Shown here piece by piece: positions 1-11,357 of a stretch of DNA of 64,000 nt; position 1 is the first letter of the stretch, and each line of letters begins with the position of its first letter. Source of the DNA: an uncultured candidatus Porisulfidus sp. (GTDB lineage: Bacteria > Pseudomonadota > Gammaproteobacteria > Poriferisulfidales > Poriferisulfidaceae); the NCBI GenBank assembly GCA_965204575.1, contig OZ241993.1, forward strand, positions 608,001-672,000. The letters are read 5' to 3'. The notes under the pieces were generated by a model, which ran no database searches, was not told the origin of the DNA, and worked only from the letters and a program-made list of their open reading frames with translations. A program made the position numbers and the translations under genes.

Positions 1-1291
<1,291 letters not shown>

Positions 1292-1295
<4 letters not shown>

Positions 1296-2773
1296 CTGCG
1301 CCGTCCTCCGAACTTCGCCACCGGCGAACCAAGATCATCGCCACCTTGGGGCCGGCGACGGATTCGCCGGAGGTATTGCGCGACTTGATCGATGCCGGCG
1401 TGGACGTGGTTCGCCTGAATTTCTCGCACGGCACCCAGGATGAGCACCGCGAGCGTGCGGAGCGGATACGCGAGATGACCGAACCGGATTACCACTTGGC
1501 GATCCTGGGTGACTTGCAAGGGCCGAAGATTCGCATTACCGGCTTCCGTGATGGTTCGATCACTCTCAAGCCGGGCGATCCATTTGCCTTGGATCCGCAT
1601 CTCGAACCGAATGCCGGCACGAGCGAAGCCGTTGGACTGACGTACCCGGAACTGTCCGAAGATGTGCGTGTCGGCGACAACCTGTTGCTGGACGACGGCC
1701 GTCTTGTTCTGCAAGTCAAGGCGTTGGAGTCCGGGCGCATCATCACCGAGACCATATCCGGAGGGGTCTTGCAGGATGCCAAGGGCGTCAACCGCGCCGG
1801 CGGCGGCTTGTCGGCCCCTTCGATCAGTGCCAAGGATCATCAGGACATCCAGTTGGCCGCGGAAATCGGCGTGGACTACCTTGCCGTGTCCTACCCGCGC
1901 AGCGGGGGCGACATCTACTATGCGCGCGAACTCCTGCGCGAGGCCGGCGGCAACGCGCACCTGATCGCGAAGATCGAACGGGCCGAAGCGGTTGAGAACA
2001 TCGACGAGATCCTGGATGCCTCGGATGCGATCATGGTGGCGCGTGGGGATCTGGGTGTGGAGATCGGCGACCCGGAACTGCCGGCAGTGCAGAAGAGCTT
2101 GATCCGCAGGGCCTGGCGGCACAACCGGGTCGTGATCACGGCGACGCAGATGATGGAATCGATGATCACCAGCACCATTCCGACGCGTGCGGAGGTGTTC
2201 GACGTCGCCAATGCCGTGCTGGACGGGACCGACGCCGTGATGCTGTCGGCAGAGACGGCGATTGGAAGCAACCCGGTCGAGGCGGTACTGGCGATGAGTC
2301 GCATCTGCGTGGGCTCCGAAGGCAATGCCGCCGGTGACATCCTGGATCTCGCCAACGAAGAAGAAGACCTGTTCGACGCGGACGAGGCGATCGCGCTGTC
2401 GGCGATCTTTACCGCCAACCACCTGGAAGTCAAAGCCATCGCCGCCTTGACCGAATCCGGCTCCACTCCCCGGCAGATGTCGCGCTTTCGCTCCAGCATC
2501 CCGATCTATGCGGTTTCCCGCAACCTTGAGACACGCCGCCGGGTCAACCTGTACCGCGGGGTATATCCGGTCACCCTGCGCAGCATCAGTACCGACCACG
2601 CCGAACTCAACCGGGATCTGGTCGACGTGCTGAAAAAAAGCGGGGTGGTGGAGGACGGCGACCGGGTGATCATCACCAAGGGCGATCTGGCGGGTGTTCA
2701 GGGAGGCACCAACGCCCTGAAGATCGTGGAGGCCGGGGCGATGCCCGAATCGCGTGGCGTTGCGGTCGAGTAG
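1292..2773 (+). CDS. pyk: Pyruvate kinase
   Basis: RTKIIATLGPAT, RLNFSHG, DLQGPKIR, MVARGDLGVE, ATQMMESM, DAVMLSAETA. Confidence 0.97.
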
Positions 2774-2831
2774 CATAAAATAGATTGTTCGCGAACCTTC
2801 CATTTTTTAACCTTTTAATCAAACATTTTTT

Positions 2832-3851
2832 ATGAACCGTGAAACACTGAGCGCAACCGCGCGCGCCATGGTGGCCCCCGGCAAGGGAATCCTGGCGATG
2901 GACGAAAGCCACCCGACCTGCAAGAAGCGTTTTGACGCTTTAGGCATTGAATTTACTGAAGAAAATCGCCGCGCTTACCGCGACATGCTGGTTACGGCGG
3001 CGGGTTTGGGGGATCATGTCGGAGGCGCGATCCTGTTCGACGAGACCCTGCGCCAGAAATTGCTGGACGACACGCCGTTCCCGGAACACTTGAACTCGAT
3101 CGGCATCGTGCCGGGCATCAAGGTGGATAAGGGCGCCAAGGATCTGGCGGGTTATCCGGGCGAGAAGGTGACGGAAGGCTTGGACGGCCTGCGCGACCGT
3201 CTGGCCGAGTACGTTGAACTGGGTGCCCGTTTCGCCAAGTGGCGGGCGGTGATCACCATCGGAGAGGGTATGCCGAGCGGAGCCTGCCTGGAAGCCAACG
3301 CCCATGGTCTTGCCCGCTATGCGGCCCTGTGCCAGGAAGCCGGCTTGGTGCCGATCGTCGAACCCGAAGTCCTGATGAATGGCGAACACGATATCGACCG
3401 CAGTTACGAAGTGACCGTCCGTGCGCTGGAAGTCACCTTTGATCAGTTGGCGCGTCAGGGCGTGTGGCTTGAAGGCATCGTCCTCAAGCCCAGCATGGTG
3501 ATTTCCGGGGACCGGTGCGCCGAGCAGGCGGATGTCGAGACGGTGGCCGCCCGCACGGTGGAATGCCTGAAGAAGACGGTTCCTGCCGAAGTGCCTGGAA
3601 TCGCGTTCCTGTCCGGCGGGCAGAGCGACGAGGAGGCCAGCGCACACCTGAATGCGATCAACCGGCATCCGGATCTTCCCTGGGCAGTGACTTTTTCCTA
3701 TGGTCGCGCCCTGCAGCAGCAGGCGATGAAATCCTGGGGAGGCGCCGAGGCCAACCGCGAAGTCGGGCAGGCCGCGATCTCCAAGCGCGCCCGCCTGAAT
3801 GGGGCGGCCGCACGCGGGGCTTACGACGTCGAGATGGAAAAGGCAGCCTAA
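2832..3851 (+). CDS. Fructose-bisphosphate aldolase, class I
   Basis: GKGILAMDES, GIKVDKG, FAKWRAVI, VPIVEPEV, LKPSMV (Schiff-base Lys), FLSGGQS, FSYGRALQ. Confidence 0.95.
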   Translation: MNRETLSATARAMVAPGKGILAMDESHPTCKKRFDALGIEFTEENRRAYRDMLVTAAGLGDHVGGAILFDETLRQKLLDDTPFPEHLNSIGIVPGIKVDKGAKDLAGYPGEKVTEGLDGLRDRLAEYVELGARFAKWRAVITIGEGMPSGACLEANAHGLARYAALCQEAGLVPIVEPEVLMNGEHDIDRSYEVTVRALEVTFDQLARQGVWLEGIVLKPSMVISGDRCAEQADVETVAARTVECLKKTVPAEVPGIAFLSGGQSDEEASAHLNAINRHPDLPWAVTFSYGRALQQQAMKSWGGAEANREVGQAAISKRARLNGAAARGAYDVEMEKAA

Positions 3852-3860
3852 ATCGGCCCC

Positions 3861-4913
3861 ATGCCGACCGTCCGGCTCCGCAACGCTGACCGCTCGTTCG
3901 AAACCCAGAGGAACGAAACCCTGCTTGAGGCCGCCATCCGCGAGGGTGTCGGCCTTCCGTACGGATGCAGCGCCGGGAATTGCGGGCTGTGCCGCGCCCG
4001 GCTGATAGAAGGGGAACTCAAGCCCGTTCGTCACCACGATTTCGTGTTCACCCAAGCCGAGCGGGCGCACGGCGATTTCCTGATGTGCAGCAACAGCGCG
4101 CAGAGCGACCTCACGCTCGAGGTTGTGCTCGAAAAAGACCCAACGTCTATTCCCTGGCAAACCCTGCAGGCGAAAGTGAAGGTCGCCGAAAAGCTCGGTG
4201 AACGCTTGCTGTGGCTGAAGCTACGCGTGCCCCGCTCGCAACGGCTTCGCTTCATGGCAGGCCAGTATGCGACCCTGACGCTGGAGAACGGCGCGGTGAG
4301 CGACAGCGCGATTGCCAGTTGCCCTTGCGACGAACGCCATATCGACTTCCACATCCGGCGCCTGCCGGACGACAATTTTTCCGACAACGCGTTCGAGTCC
4401 CTGCGCCCGGGGCAGACCGTGACGGTCGAAGCACCCGGGGGCCGGTTTGCGTTCGATGACGATTCCACCCGCCCGGCCCTGTTCGTGGCGTTCGACACCG
4501 GGTTCGCGGCGATCAAGAGCATGCTCGAACACCTCACCGCGCGCGAATCCGAACAACCCCTGCATCTGTACCGAATCTGTTGCGGAAAGGAAGACCTGTA
4601 CATGCACAATCTGTGCCGTTCCTGGGCGGATGCGCTCGACGAACTGAGCTATACGCCTCTGGTGATCGAGGAGTCGTTCAGCGAGTGGGCAAAAGATGAG
4701 TTGTCCGGCATGGAAAAAGTGGAAACCATGCTGAAGCGTGTCGTGGACGATCATCCAGACCTTTCGGGGATGGATTTGTACGTTTGTGCGCCGGAGCCGG
4801 TGGTGGAACGCTTTGATGCCCTGGCCACGCAGCACCAGTTGGTACGGGAGCAATTTCACGCTGAAATCATCCGTGGCAACTCGTACACTCGCTGCCTGGG
4901 GGCGACGGCGTGA
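3861..4913 (+). CDS. 2Fe-2S ferredoxin / FAD-NAD(P)H oxidoreductase (CDP-6-deoxy-delta3,4-glucoseen reductase-like architecture)
   Basis: N-terminal C-x4-C-x2-C...C (YGCSAGNCGLC...LMC); FMAGQY FAD region; degenerate DTGFAAIKS NAD-binding and LYVCAP motifs. Confidence 0.8.
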   Translation: MPTVRLRNADRSFETQRNETLLEAAIREGVGLPYGCSAGNCGLCRARLIEGELKPVRHHDFVFTQAERAHGDFLMCSNSAQSDLTLEVVLEKDPTSIPWQTLQAKVKVAEKLGERLLWLKLRVPRSQRLRFMAGQYATLTLENGAVSDSAIASCPCDERHIDFHIRRLPDDNFSDNAFESLRPGQTVTVEAPGGRFAFDDDSTRPALFVAFDTGFAAIKSMLEHLTARESEQPLHLYRICCGKEDLYMHNLCRSWADALDELSYTPLVIEESFSEWAKDELSGMEKVETMLKRVVDDHPDLSGMDLYVCAPEPVVERFDALATQHQLVREQFHAEIIRGNSYTRCLGATA

Positions 4914-5305
4914 ATGTGCACTGCCCGTTCGAGCGCCTGATCGTCGCCGGGATGCATGCCTGCTCGCGGGCTATTCCGGTAACGCGCCGGGAGGGTGCCG
5001 GCATTGACTGCAATGACGCAGATTCCTGCAACCGTTGCCAGGAGTTGCAGGAATTCTTTGAACAGGTGGGCGCCGAAGCCTTCGGCGAGGTCGAAGATCG
5101 CACCCAAGTACCGCACAGCACGTTGCTGAAGATACAGATTGGTGGATTGGCGGGGACGGTGCAATGCCTGGGTCTGTCCGTGGGCGAGAAGATCGAAGAC
5201 CTGGATCAGGTGGCAGGGCAAGCAGGCGGGAACCTTGAAGAACTGGACCACGAAATCTTGGCCGAAGCGATGCGCGGCGCACGTGCCCGGCGACGCCGGC
5301 ACTGA
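4910..5305 (+). CDS. Cys-rich hypothetical protein
   Basis: 131-aa ORF translationally coupled to the reductase (GTGA overlap); CPFE...C...C...CNRC and PH...KIQIGGL motifs. Confidence 0.7.
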   Translation: MNVHCPFERLIVAGMHACSRAIPVTRREGAGIDCNDADSCNRCQELQEFFEQVGAEAFGEVEDRTQVPHSTLLKIQIGGLAGTVQCLGLSVGEKIEDLDQVAGQAGGNLEELDHEILAEAMRGARARRRRH

Positions 5306-5326
5306 CCCCGGACGAACGAAGAAACT

Positions 5327-5701
5327 GTGAACAAGCGTTGCTACGGTCAGGATCACCTTTGGCTGGAGCCTGACGGTTCCGGCATGGCCAAGGTCGGCGT
5401 GAGCCACTACGCGCAGGAGGAACTGGGCGACATTCTGTTCGTGGAGCTGCCGGAGCCCGGAACCGAACTGGCTCAAGGCCAGAGTTTCGGGGTTATCGAA
5501 TCAGTCAAGACCGCATCCGAACTGATCGCCCCGGTCTCGGGCAAAGTTGTGGAAGTCAATGAACTCCTCCGGGAAGAGCCGTGGCAGGTCAACGATTCGC
5601 CGGAGGGAGAAGGTTGGATACTGAAGATGGACTGTGCCGAGCCTGACCCCTGTGCATCCCTGATGGATGCGGATGCCTACAAAGAACTGACCGGCGGGTA
5701 G
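5327..5701 (+). CDS. gcvH: Glycine cleavage system H protein (lipoyl carrier)
   Basis: HLWL, GVSHYAQEELGDILFVELP, ESVK (lipoyl Lys), APVSGKVVEVN, VNDSPEGEGWI. Confidence 0.93.
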   Translation: MNKRCYGQDHLWLEPDGSGMAKVGVSHYAQEELGDILFVELPEPGTELAQGQSFGVIESVKTASELIAPVSGKVVEVNELLREEPWQVNDSPEGEGWILKMDCAEPDPCASLMDADAYKELTGG

Positions 5702-5786
5702 CCCCTGCCCGGGAGGTTGGCGCGGAAGGTAAAGAGATAGTGAATCAGATCCTTGTCCGCCGACTCTTCCGTATAATTTTCTGAGC

Positions 5787-6683
5787 ATGAATGGTCAAAC
5801 CTGCTTTCTGATGCCCGAGGGGCCTGCCAATGCGCCGATTTCTCCCCTTCTGGAGATGGGTGCCTATGAAGCATTGTGGCTGGAGAATGGCGCATCCTTT
5901 AAATCCATCGCACAGCGTTTTTCGGCCGACCCGCAAGCACTTCCATCGGACTTCATCGAGCAACCTAGGGCCCGACAGTGCGCTTCTGAAGCCAAGAAGC
6001 GACTGGAGGATGCGGGCATCCAGCGTTTTGGTGTGCGGGTTCATCATGCTGGGGATTATCCTTCGAAGTTGCGCGATGCCAGGCACCCTGTCGAATTCCT
6101 GTACTACCGCGGTGCGTGGGAGCTTACGGAAAAGAGGTGCATTGCCGTCGTGGGGAGCAGGAAGGCTTCTCGTGAAGGGCGATTGAGGGCCAGACGGCTG
6201 GCGAAGGAATTGGCGGCCCGAGACTTCGTCGTGGTTTCGGGCTTGGCCGCTGGCATTGACACTGTTGCTCACAGGGCAGCCTTGGAATCCGGCGGTGCGA
6301 CCATTGCGGTTGTGGGCACGCCGCTGGGGGAAATCTACCCGCAGGAAAATCGAGCCTTGCAGGAGGAAATCGCAACGGAACACCTGTTGATCTCGCAGGT
6401 TCCCGTACTGCGCCACTCAAAGCAGAGCCCCAAGCATAATCGCTTGTTTTTCCCTGAGCGCAATGTCACCATGAGCGCGCTGACCGAGGCGACGGTCATC
6501 GTCGAGGCAGGAGAGACTTCGGGCACGCTCGTACAGGCGCGAGCCGCCCTCCACCAAGAGAGAAAATTGTTAATCTTGGATTCATGCTTCAAGAGATCCG
6601 ATCTCACTTGGCCCGTCCGGCTGGAAAAGCAAGGCGCCATCAGAATCACAGGCCCCGGCGACATCTGGCAAGCCCTCGAATAG
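5787..6683 (+). CDS. DprA/SMF-like protein (ShosA-like antitoxin/defence component)
   Basis: IAVVGSRKAS, VVSGLAAGIDTVAH, FFPERNVTMSALT, IVEAGETSGTLVQARAA; short, lacks the C-terminal wHTH of competence DprA; followed by a PRTase. Confidence 0.85.
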   Translation: MNGQTCFLMPEGPANAPISPLLEMGAYEALWLENGASFKSIAQRFSADPQALPSDFIEQPRARQCASEAKKRLEDAGIQRFGVRVHHAGDYPSKLRDARHPVEFLYYRGAWELTEKRCIAVVGSRKASREGRLRARRLAKELAARDFVVVSGLAAGIDTVAHRAALESGGATIAVVGTPLGEIYPQENRALQEEIATEHLLISQVPVLRHSKQSPKHNRLFFPERNVTMSALTEATVIVEAGETSGTLVQARAALHQERKLLILDSCFKRSDLTWPVRLEKQGAIRITGPGDIWQALE

Positions 6684-6687
6684 CCGC

Positions 6688-7326
6688 GTGCGTTTCCAAT
6701 TATTGACGACAGCAATATTGGCGACCATGTGGACTTGGACGCAGACGACCGGTGTTGCTATATTTTCGAATACACGTCCGGCAAGGATTACAGGTTCAGC
6801 GAGACCAACAGCCTAATCTCGAACTTGAAGAAGAAGCCCAGCAAGGAACGCACCCATCCGCTGGAATACAGGTATAAGACCCAGGCGATTTCCCCCGGTG
6901 CGCACAATGGCTGGGCGAGGCAATCAACCATGAATGGTTGAAGACGGCGACTCTCGTGCCGGTCCCCCCGTCAAAGGCAAAGGGGCATTCCGAATACGAC
7001 GACCGGATTGTGCAGATCTGCAATGGGGTGAAAGCCTCGTTTCCCGTCGATGTGCGCGAACTGGTCTTGCAGCGTGAATCCATTCCTGCGGCGCATGAAA
7101 GCCCTGATCACAGACCTTCCGGTGGATGAATCTTGTGGATCTGTATGTGATTGATGAGCAAGAAACCGAGCCTGTCCCCAGCCAGATCGCAGTTGTTGAT
7201 GATGTTCTGACGGCAGGAAAACATTTCAAGGCGATGAGCCGAATTCTGCGAAGTCGATTTCCCAGTGTGTCCCTTTATGGCTTTTTCATAGCACGTCGGG
7301 TATTCCCGGACGAGCCCGATATGTGA
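6688..7326 (+). pseudogene. Phosphoribosyltransferase-like protein (ShosT-like), frameshifted
   Basis: ORF pieces 6729-6941, 6938-7129 and 7126-7326 join into one protein with LVPVPPSK and IAVVDDVLTAGKHF (PRPP-binding loop); frame changes near 6700, 6892-6896 and 7118-7131. May be sequencing error. Confidence 0.75.
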
Positions 7327-7380
7327 AGAACAGATTAGCTGATACGTCTCAAAGTCTGAAACATTGCAATTTTCCCTGCA

Positions 7381-7731
7381 TCAGACGTAATGGCGACGGT
7401 AGGATCGGCGGGTTCCGGCTCGCTGGGTAATGACGCCGATGATGTCGGAAGGATCGCTGAGTTCAAGCGACGGATAGCCGGAGTTGACCGGCCGCAACCA
7501 GTGGCGCTCGTTCTCGACCCAATACTGTCGGAAGATCGGCTCTCCGTTCACCTGCGCGACCACGTAAGAGCCGGACTGTGCATCTCCGGCCGGATCGACG
7601 ATGACGATGCAGCCGTCCGCGAATTCCGGCTCCATGCTGTCGCCGAGCACGCGCAAGGCATAAGGCTCGTGAGCCGCGCAGCCAGCATCGTCCAGCACGG
7701 GGTTTTGGATGTGTGGGTCGGAAGAACTCAT
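7381..7731 (-). CDS. Stand-alone S24/LexA-like peptidase domain protein (no HTH)
   Basis: YALRVLGDSMEPEF, DGCIVIVDP, IFRQY, LRPVNSGYP, IIGVI. Confidence 0.85.
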   Translation of the reverse strand: MSSSDPHIQNPVLDDAGCAAHEPYALRVLGDSMEPEFADGCIVIVDPAGDAQSGSYVVAQVNGEPIFRQYWVENERHWLRPVNSGYPSLELSDPSDIIGVITQRAGTRRSYRRHYV

Positions 7732-7878
7732 GCGAAATCAATTACAACACATTTTGACAATAGCAGGAAACCAGCGAATCTGGAGTTTGCTGGGCTCGGA
7801 CAGCCTCGGTGATTTCAGAGGCCAGACAACGATCAGCCGAGAAGCCCGGTACAATGCGCGGGCTTTCCCAAGTTTCCC

Positions 7879-9219
7879 ATGCCTGATTCCTGCCTGATTG
7901 TTAATGCGACTGCGGTCAACGAAGGTCGCGTGTTCGAGACGGACCTGCTTGTCCGAGGCTCGCGGATCGAAAAAATCGGTCCCGGCCTGTCCGGCGAACC
8001 TGCCGATCAAGTCTTGGATGCGGCGGGGCTCCACCTGCTGCCTGGAATGATCGACGGCCAGGTTCATTTCCGGGAGCCGGGCCAGCCGGAGAAAGGAACC
8101 TTCCAGTCCGAATCCCGCGCCGCGGTGACGGGCGGCACGACCACGGTCATGGACATGCCGAACAACCAGCCGCCGGTCGTGACCCTTGAGCGGCTGGACG
8201 AGAAATTGGCGCGGGCAGATGGCGCGATGCACACGAACTATGCATTTTATTTCGGTGCGACCAACCACAATGCCGACGAGGTTCGAAAGTTGGATCCCCG
8301 GAAAGCGTGCGGGCTCAAGATCTTTATGGGCGCGTCGACCGGAAACATGCTGGTGGACGACCCCAAGGCACTGGAACAACACTTTGCCGGCTGCCCTACC
8401 CTGATCGCAACGCACTGCGAAGATACGCCGATGATCGAGGCGGCCTTGGCCGAACACGTCCGGCAGTACGGCGAGCAAATCCCGATGCACTGCCACGTGG
8501 AAATTCGCAGCCGGGAGGCATGCCTTGCTTCTTCGTCCATGGCGGTGGGCTTGGCGAAGCGATTCGGCTCAAGGCTGCATGTGCTCCACCTGACCACGGC
8601 CGACGAATTGCCGCAGTTCGATGTCGGGCCGATCGAAGGCAAACGGATTACCGCCGAGGCCTGTGTACATCATCTGGTTTTCACCGACGCCGACTATGCA
8701 CAGTACGGCGGCCGCATCAAGTGCAACCCCTCGATCAAAAAGCAATCGGATCGGGATGCGCTGCGTCAGGCGGTGCACGAGGATCGGATCGATGTCATTG
8801 CGACCGATCACGCGCCACATCTTCTGTCGGAGAAAGAAGGACCGTACCAGGAAGTCGCAGCGGGGCTGCCGATCACGCAGCATGCGTTGCCGATGCTTCT
8901 GGAACTGGTTCACCAGGGTGTCTTCAGCCTGCCGCAGGTCGTACATAAGGCGGCGCATGCCCCGGCACTGTGCTACGAGGTCCGTGATCGCGGATTCCTG
9001 CGCGAAGGCTACTACGCGGATCTGGTTTTAGCGGATTTGTCGGCGACGAGGCAGGTGGAGCCGGAAGAAGTCCTTCACCAATGCGGTTGGTCGGCATTCG
9101 AAGGACAGATGTTGCATGCCCGGATCGACACGACGATGGTGTCAGGCCGGATTGTGCACCGGGATGGGCAGGAAATGCCGCCCGCAGCCGGAATGCAGAT
9201 CGATTTCGACCGCGAGTGA
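7879..9219 (+). CDS. pyrC: Dihydroorotase (multifunctional-complex type)
   Basis: PGMIDGQVHFREPG, MDMPN, KIFMGASTG, IKCNPSIK, ATDHAPH. Confidence 0.9.
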   Translation: MPDSCLIVNATAVNEGRVFETDLLVRGSRIEKIGPGLSGEPADQVLDAAGLHLLPGMIDGQVHFREPGQPEKGTFQSESRAAVTGGTTTVMDMPNNQPPVVTLERLDEKLARADGAMHTNYAFYFGATNHNADEVRKLDPRKACGLKIFMGASTGNMLVDDPKALEQHFAGCPTLIATHCEDTPMIEAALAEHVRQYGEQIPMHCHVEIRSREACLASSSMAVGLAKRFGSRLHVLHLTTADELPQFDVGPIEGKRITAEACVHHLVFTDADYAQYGGRIKCNPSIKKQSDRDALRQAVHEDRIDVIATDHAPHLLSEKEGPYQEVAAGLPITQHALPMLLELVHQGVFSLPQVVHKAAHAPALCYEVRDRGFLREGYYADLVLADLSATRQVEPEEVLHQCGWSAFEGQMLHARIDTTMVSGRIVHRDGQEMPPAAGMQIDFDRE

Positions 9220-9234
9220 TTCTCGACCCGGTCG

Positions 9235-9717
9235 TTATTCGTCCGCGTCGGTACCCGCCTGAAGCAACCCGTACTGCTCGACCCCGATCTGGTCGATCAA
9301 TTGCAATTGCGTCTCGATGAAGGCGATGTGCATTTCCTCGTCCGCGATCAGGTCTTCGAACAGGCGCATGGAAGCATAGTCGCTCACTTCCTGGCAGACA
9401 TCACGGCCTTCCCGGTACAGAGCATGCGCCTCTTGTTCGGCGGCGAGGTCGCATTCCAGGACCTCCCGGATGTTCTCGCCAATGCGCAGCGGGTCCAAGG
9501 TTTGCAGGTTGGGGTGTCCTTCCAGGAAGATGATTCGCTCCACGAACCGGTCCGCATGGCGCATTTCTCCAATGGACTCTTCTCGTGATTTTTGGGCGAG
9601 CTTGCCGTAGCCCCAGTCTTCCAGCAACCGGTAATGCAGCCAGTATTGATTGACGGACCGCAATTCACTGGCAAGGCTGCGGTTCAGGTAGTCGATGACT
9701 TTCTCGTTTCCTTTCAT
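9235..9717 (-). CDS. bfr: Bacterioferritin
   Basis: [38 protein letters not shown] ferroxidase/heme motifs. Confidence 0.96.
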   Translation of the reverse strand: MKGNEKVIDYLNRSLASELRSVNQYWLHYRLLEDWGYGKLAQKSREESIGEMRHADRFVERIIFLEGHPNLQTLDPLRIGENIREVLECDLAAEQEAHALYREGRDVCQEVSDYASMRLFEDLIADEEMHIAFIETQLQLIDQIGVEQYGLLQAGTDADE

Positions 9718-9745
9718 GATGGCGGTCTCCTGCTTTTTCCGTAAA

Positions 9746-9931
9746 TCAGGCGTCAGTATGCGCCTGCTTGATGATCTGGTTGATTAGCGGCCGACAGTTG
9801 CCGCATCGCGCGCGTTTTCCCATCTGGCGGTAGACAGAACGGAAATTCACGGGTTGTCCTGCTTTGGCGGTGGCTTTCACCGCGGCGCGCAGTTCTCGGT
9901 CACTGACTTGAACGCAGGAACAGACGATCAT
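9746..9931 (-). CDS. bfd: Bacterioferritin-associated ferredoxin
   Basis: MIVCSC...VSD...RCGNC; immediately upstream of bfr. Confidence 0.88.
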   Translation of the reverse strand: MIVCSCVQVSDRELRAAVKATAKAGQPVNFRSVYRQMGKRARCGNCRPLINQIIKQAHTDA

Positions 9932-10019
9932 GCGCGTGACCCGCAAGTCTGCGGGCTAGGTGAAATGTCGTAGGTGAAGCGTTTCGGATGATTGGCGAGA
10001 AGCGATGAAATCGCATCGA

Positions 10020-10346
10020 TCACGTCAATTTCATGTTTTCGATCGCGCCCTGATCAAAGTCCACCTCGACGACCAGGTCGGATTTCAACTGGGACTGGCA
10101 GGCCAGGATATAGCCTTTCTTGAGCATGTCACCGTCTAGCACGTAGGCGAAATCGTTCAGTGCCTTGACCTTGCCCTCCTTGAGGATGCACCGGCAGGTC
10201 CCGCAACTTCCCACCTTGCAGTCGCAAGGCCACTTGATGCCGGCGTTCAGGGCAGCCTGCAGCAAGTTGATCTTGCCGGGCACCTCGAAAGTCTCGCCAG
10301 TGTTGGCGATGGTGCAAGTGAAATCCTTTTTCTTGCCAAAAAGCAT
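10020..10346 (-). CDS. Plant-type 2Fe-2S ferredoxin
   Basis: CDCKVGSCGTC...ILACQS. Confidence 0.9.
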   Translation of the reverse strand: MLFGKKKDFTCTIANTGETFEVPGKINLLQAALNAGIKWPCDCKVGSCGTCRCILKEGKVKALNDFAYVLDGDMLKKGYILACQSQLKSDLVVEVDFDQGAIENMKLT

Positions 10347-10408
10347 CCCAAACCCCGATTAGGTTGACCCGCCACTATTCTACATCAGGCATGGCCCGAA
10401 TGCGGGAT

Positions 10409-11185
10409 TCAGGCTTGGTATGTATTCGCGGGTGTTTGGGCGGCTTTGAGGAAGCGGCGGACGTAACGGGGTGCGATGTTGGCGCGATTGACCAGTACCA
10501 GCATGTCGGCCACGTTGAATTTTTTATCCCAGCAGGGTTTGCCGCAGATTTCCGCACCGAGATTCAGGTAGGCTTTCAGCAGAGGCGGCAGGATCTCCCG
10601 AACCGAATCGGAAAGCTCAATGGCCGCATCCACGGCAGGCTGGTCCGGCTCAGGCAGAGGGGAGCGAGGATGGACGTCCAGGTCCAGGTTGACCAAGCCG
10701 CGCTCCAGCGCATTCTGGTAGATGGCGTGAGCCTGACGGCCTCCGTCCGACATGTCCACACTGGCACACCCGAACAGATATTCGTAGTTCTGGGACAGCA
10801 TAAATTCCGCAAGACCCAGCCACAAACAAGTAATGGCCCCGCCGTTGCGGTGATCGGGATGCACGCAGGTGCGGCCGACTTCCAGTTTCCTTCCGGGGAG
10901 GCTGCGCAAGCGGCCCAGTTTGAATTCCGACTGGGTGTAGAAGCCCCCGGCCTGCGGGACATCCTCGTCCGAAAGGACCCGGGTGCAGGCGACAAGGTCC
11001 CCGGTAACCGTGTCAGTTACGGTCAGGTGTCGGCAGAATGGGTCGTAAGGGTCCGAGTCGATCTGCTCCGCGGCACTTTCCAGGGATGCCCCCATTTCCA
11101 GTGCGAAAACCCGGTAACGAAGACGCTGACATTCGGTAATGACAGACATCTGAGTGGCGATTTCGAACTGGTATCTGCTTGCCAT
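10409..11185 (-). CDS. GNAT N-acyltransferase, OlsB-like (ornithine lipid synthesis)
   Basis: QRLRYRVF, GGFYTQSEF, LEVGRTCVHPDHRNG, YLFGCAS, LPPLLKAYLNLGAEICG. Confidence 0.82.
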   Translation of the reverse strand: MASRYQFEIATQMSVITECQRLRYRVFALEMGASLESAAEQIDSDPYDPFCRHLTVTDTVTGDLVACTRVLSDEDVPQAGGFYTQSEFKLGRLRSLPGRKLEVGRTCVHPDHRNGGAITCLWLGLAEFMLSQNYEYLFGCASVDMSDGGRQAHAIYQNALERGLVNLDLDVHPRSPLPEPDQPAVDAAIELSDSVREILPPLLKAYLNLGAEICGKPCWDKKFNVADMLVLVNRANIAPRYVRRFLKAAQTPANTYQA

Positions 11186-11357
11186 GAATTGACGGCCAAG
11201 TTACTTTTGCAAGTATATCGTATTTTCAATGTGTTACAGCCCCATGAAAGCCGAAACCCCTCAACGTGGCCCGACAAGATCGGGTGTGAAGGCTGCCTTT
11301 AGCCTGAAGCGGTAAAATGGCAGACCCGCTGGCTCCTGCCGGGGCAAACGCCTGTTT

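Noticed and set aside
5787-6683. Competence gene dprA
   Set aside because: Lacks the C-terminal domain and the usual def/smg/topA context; pairing with a PRTase indicates the defence-type family
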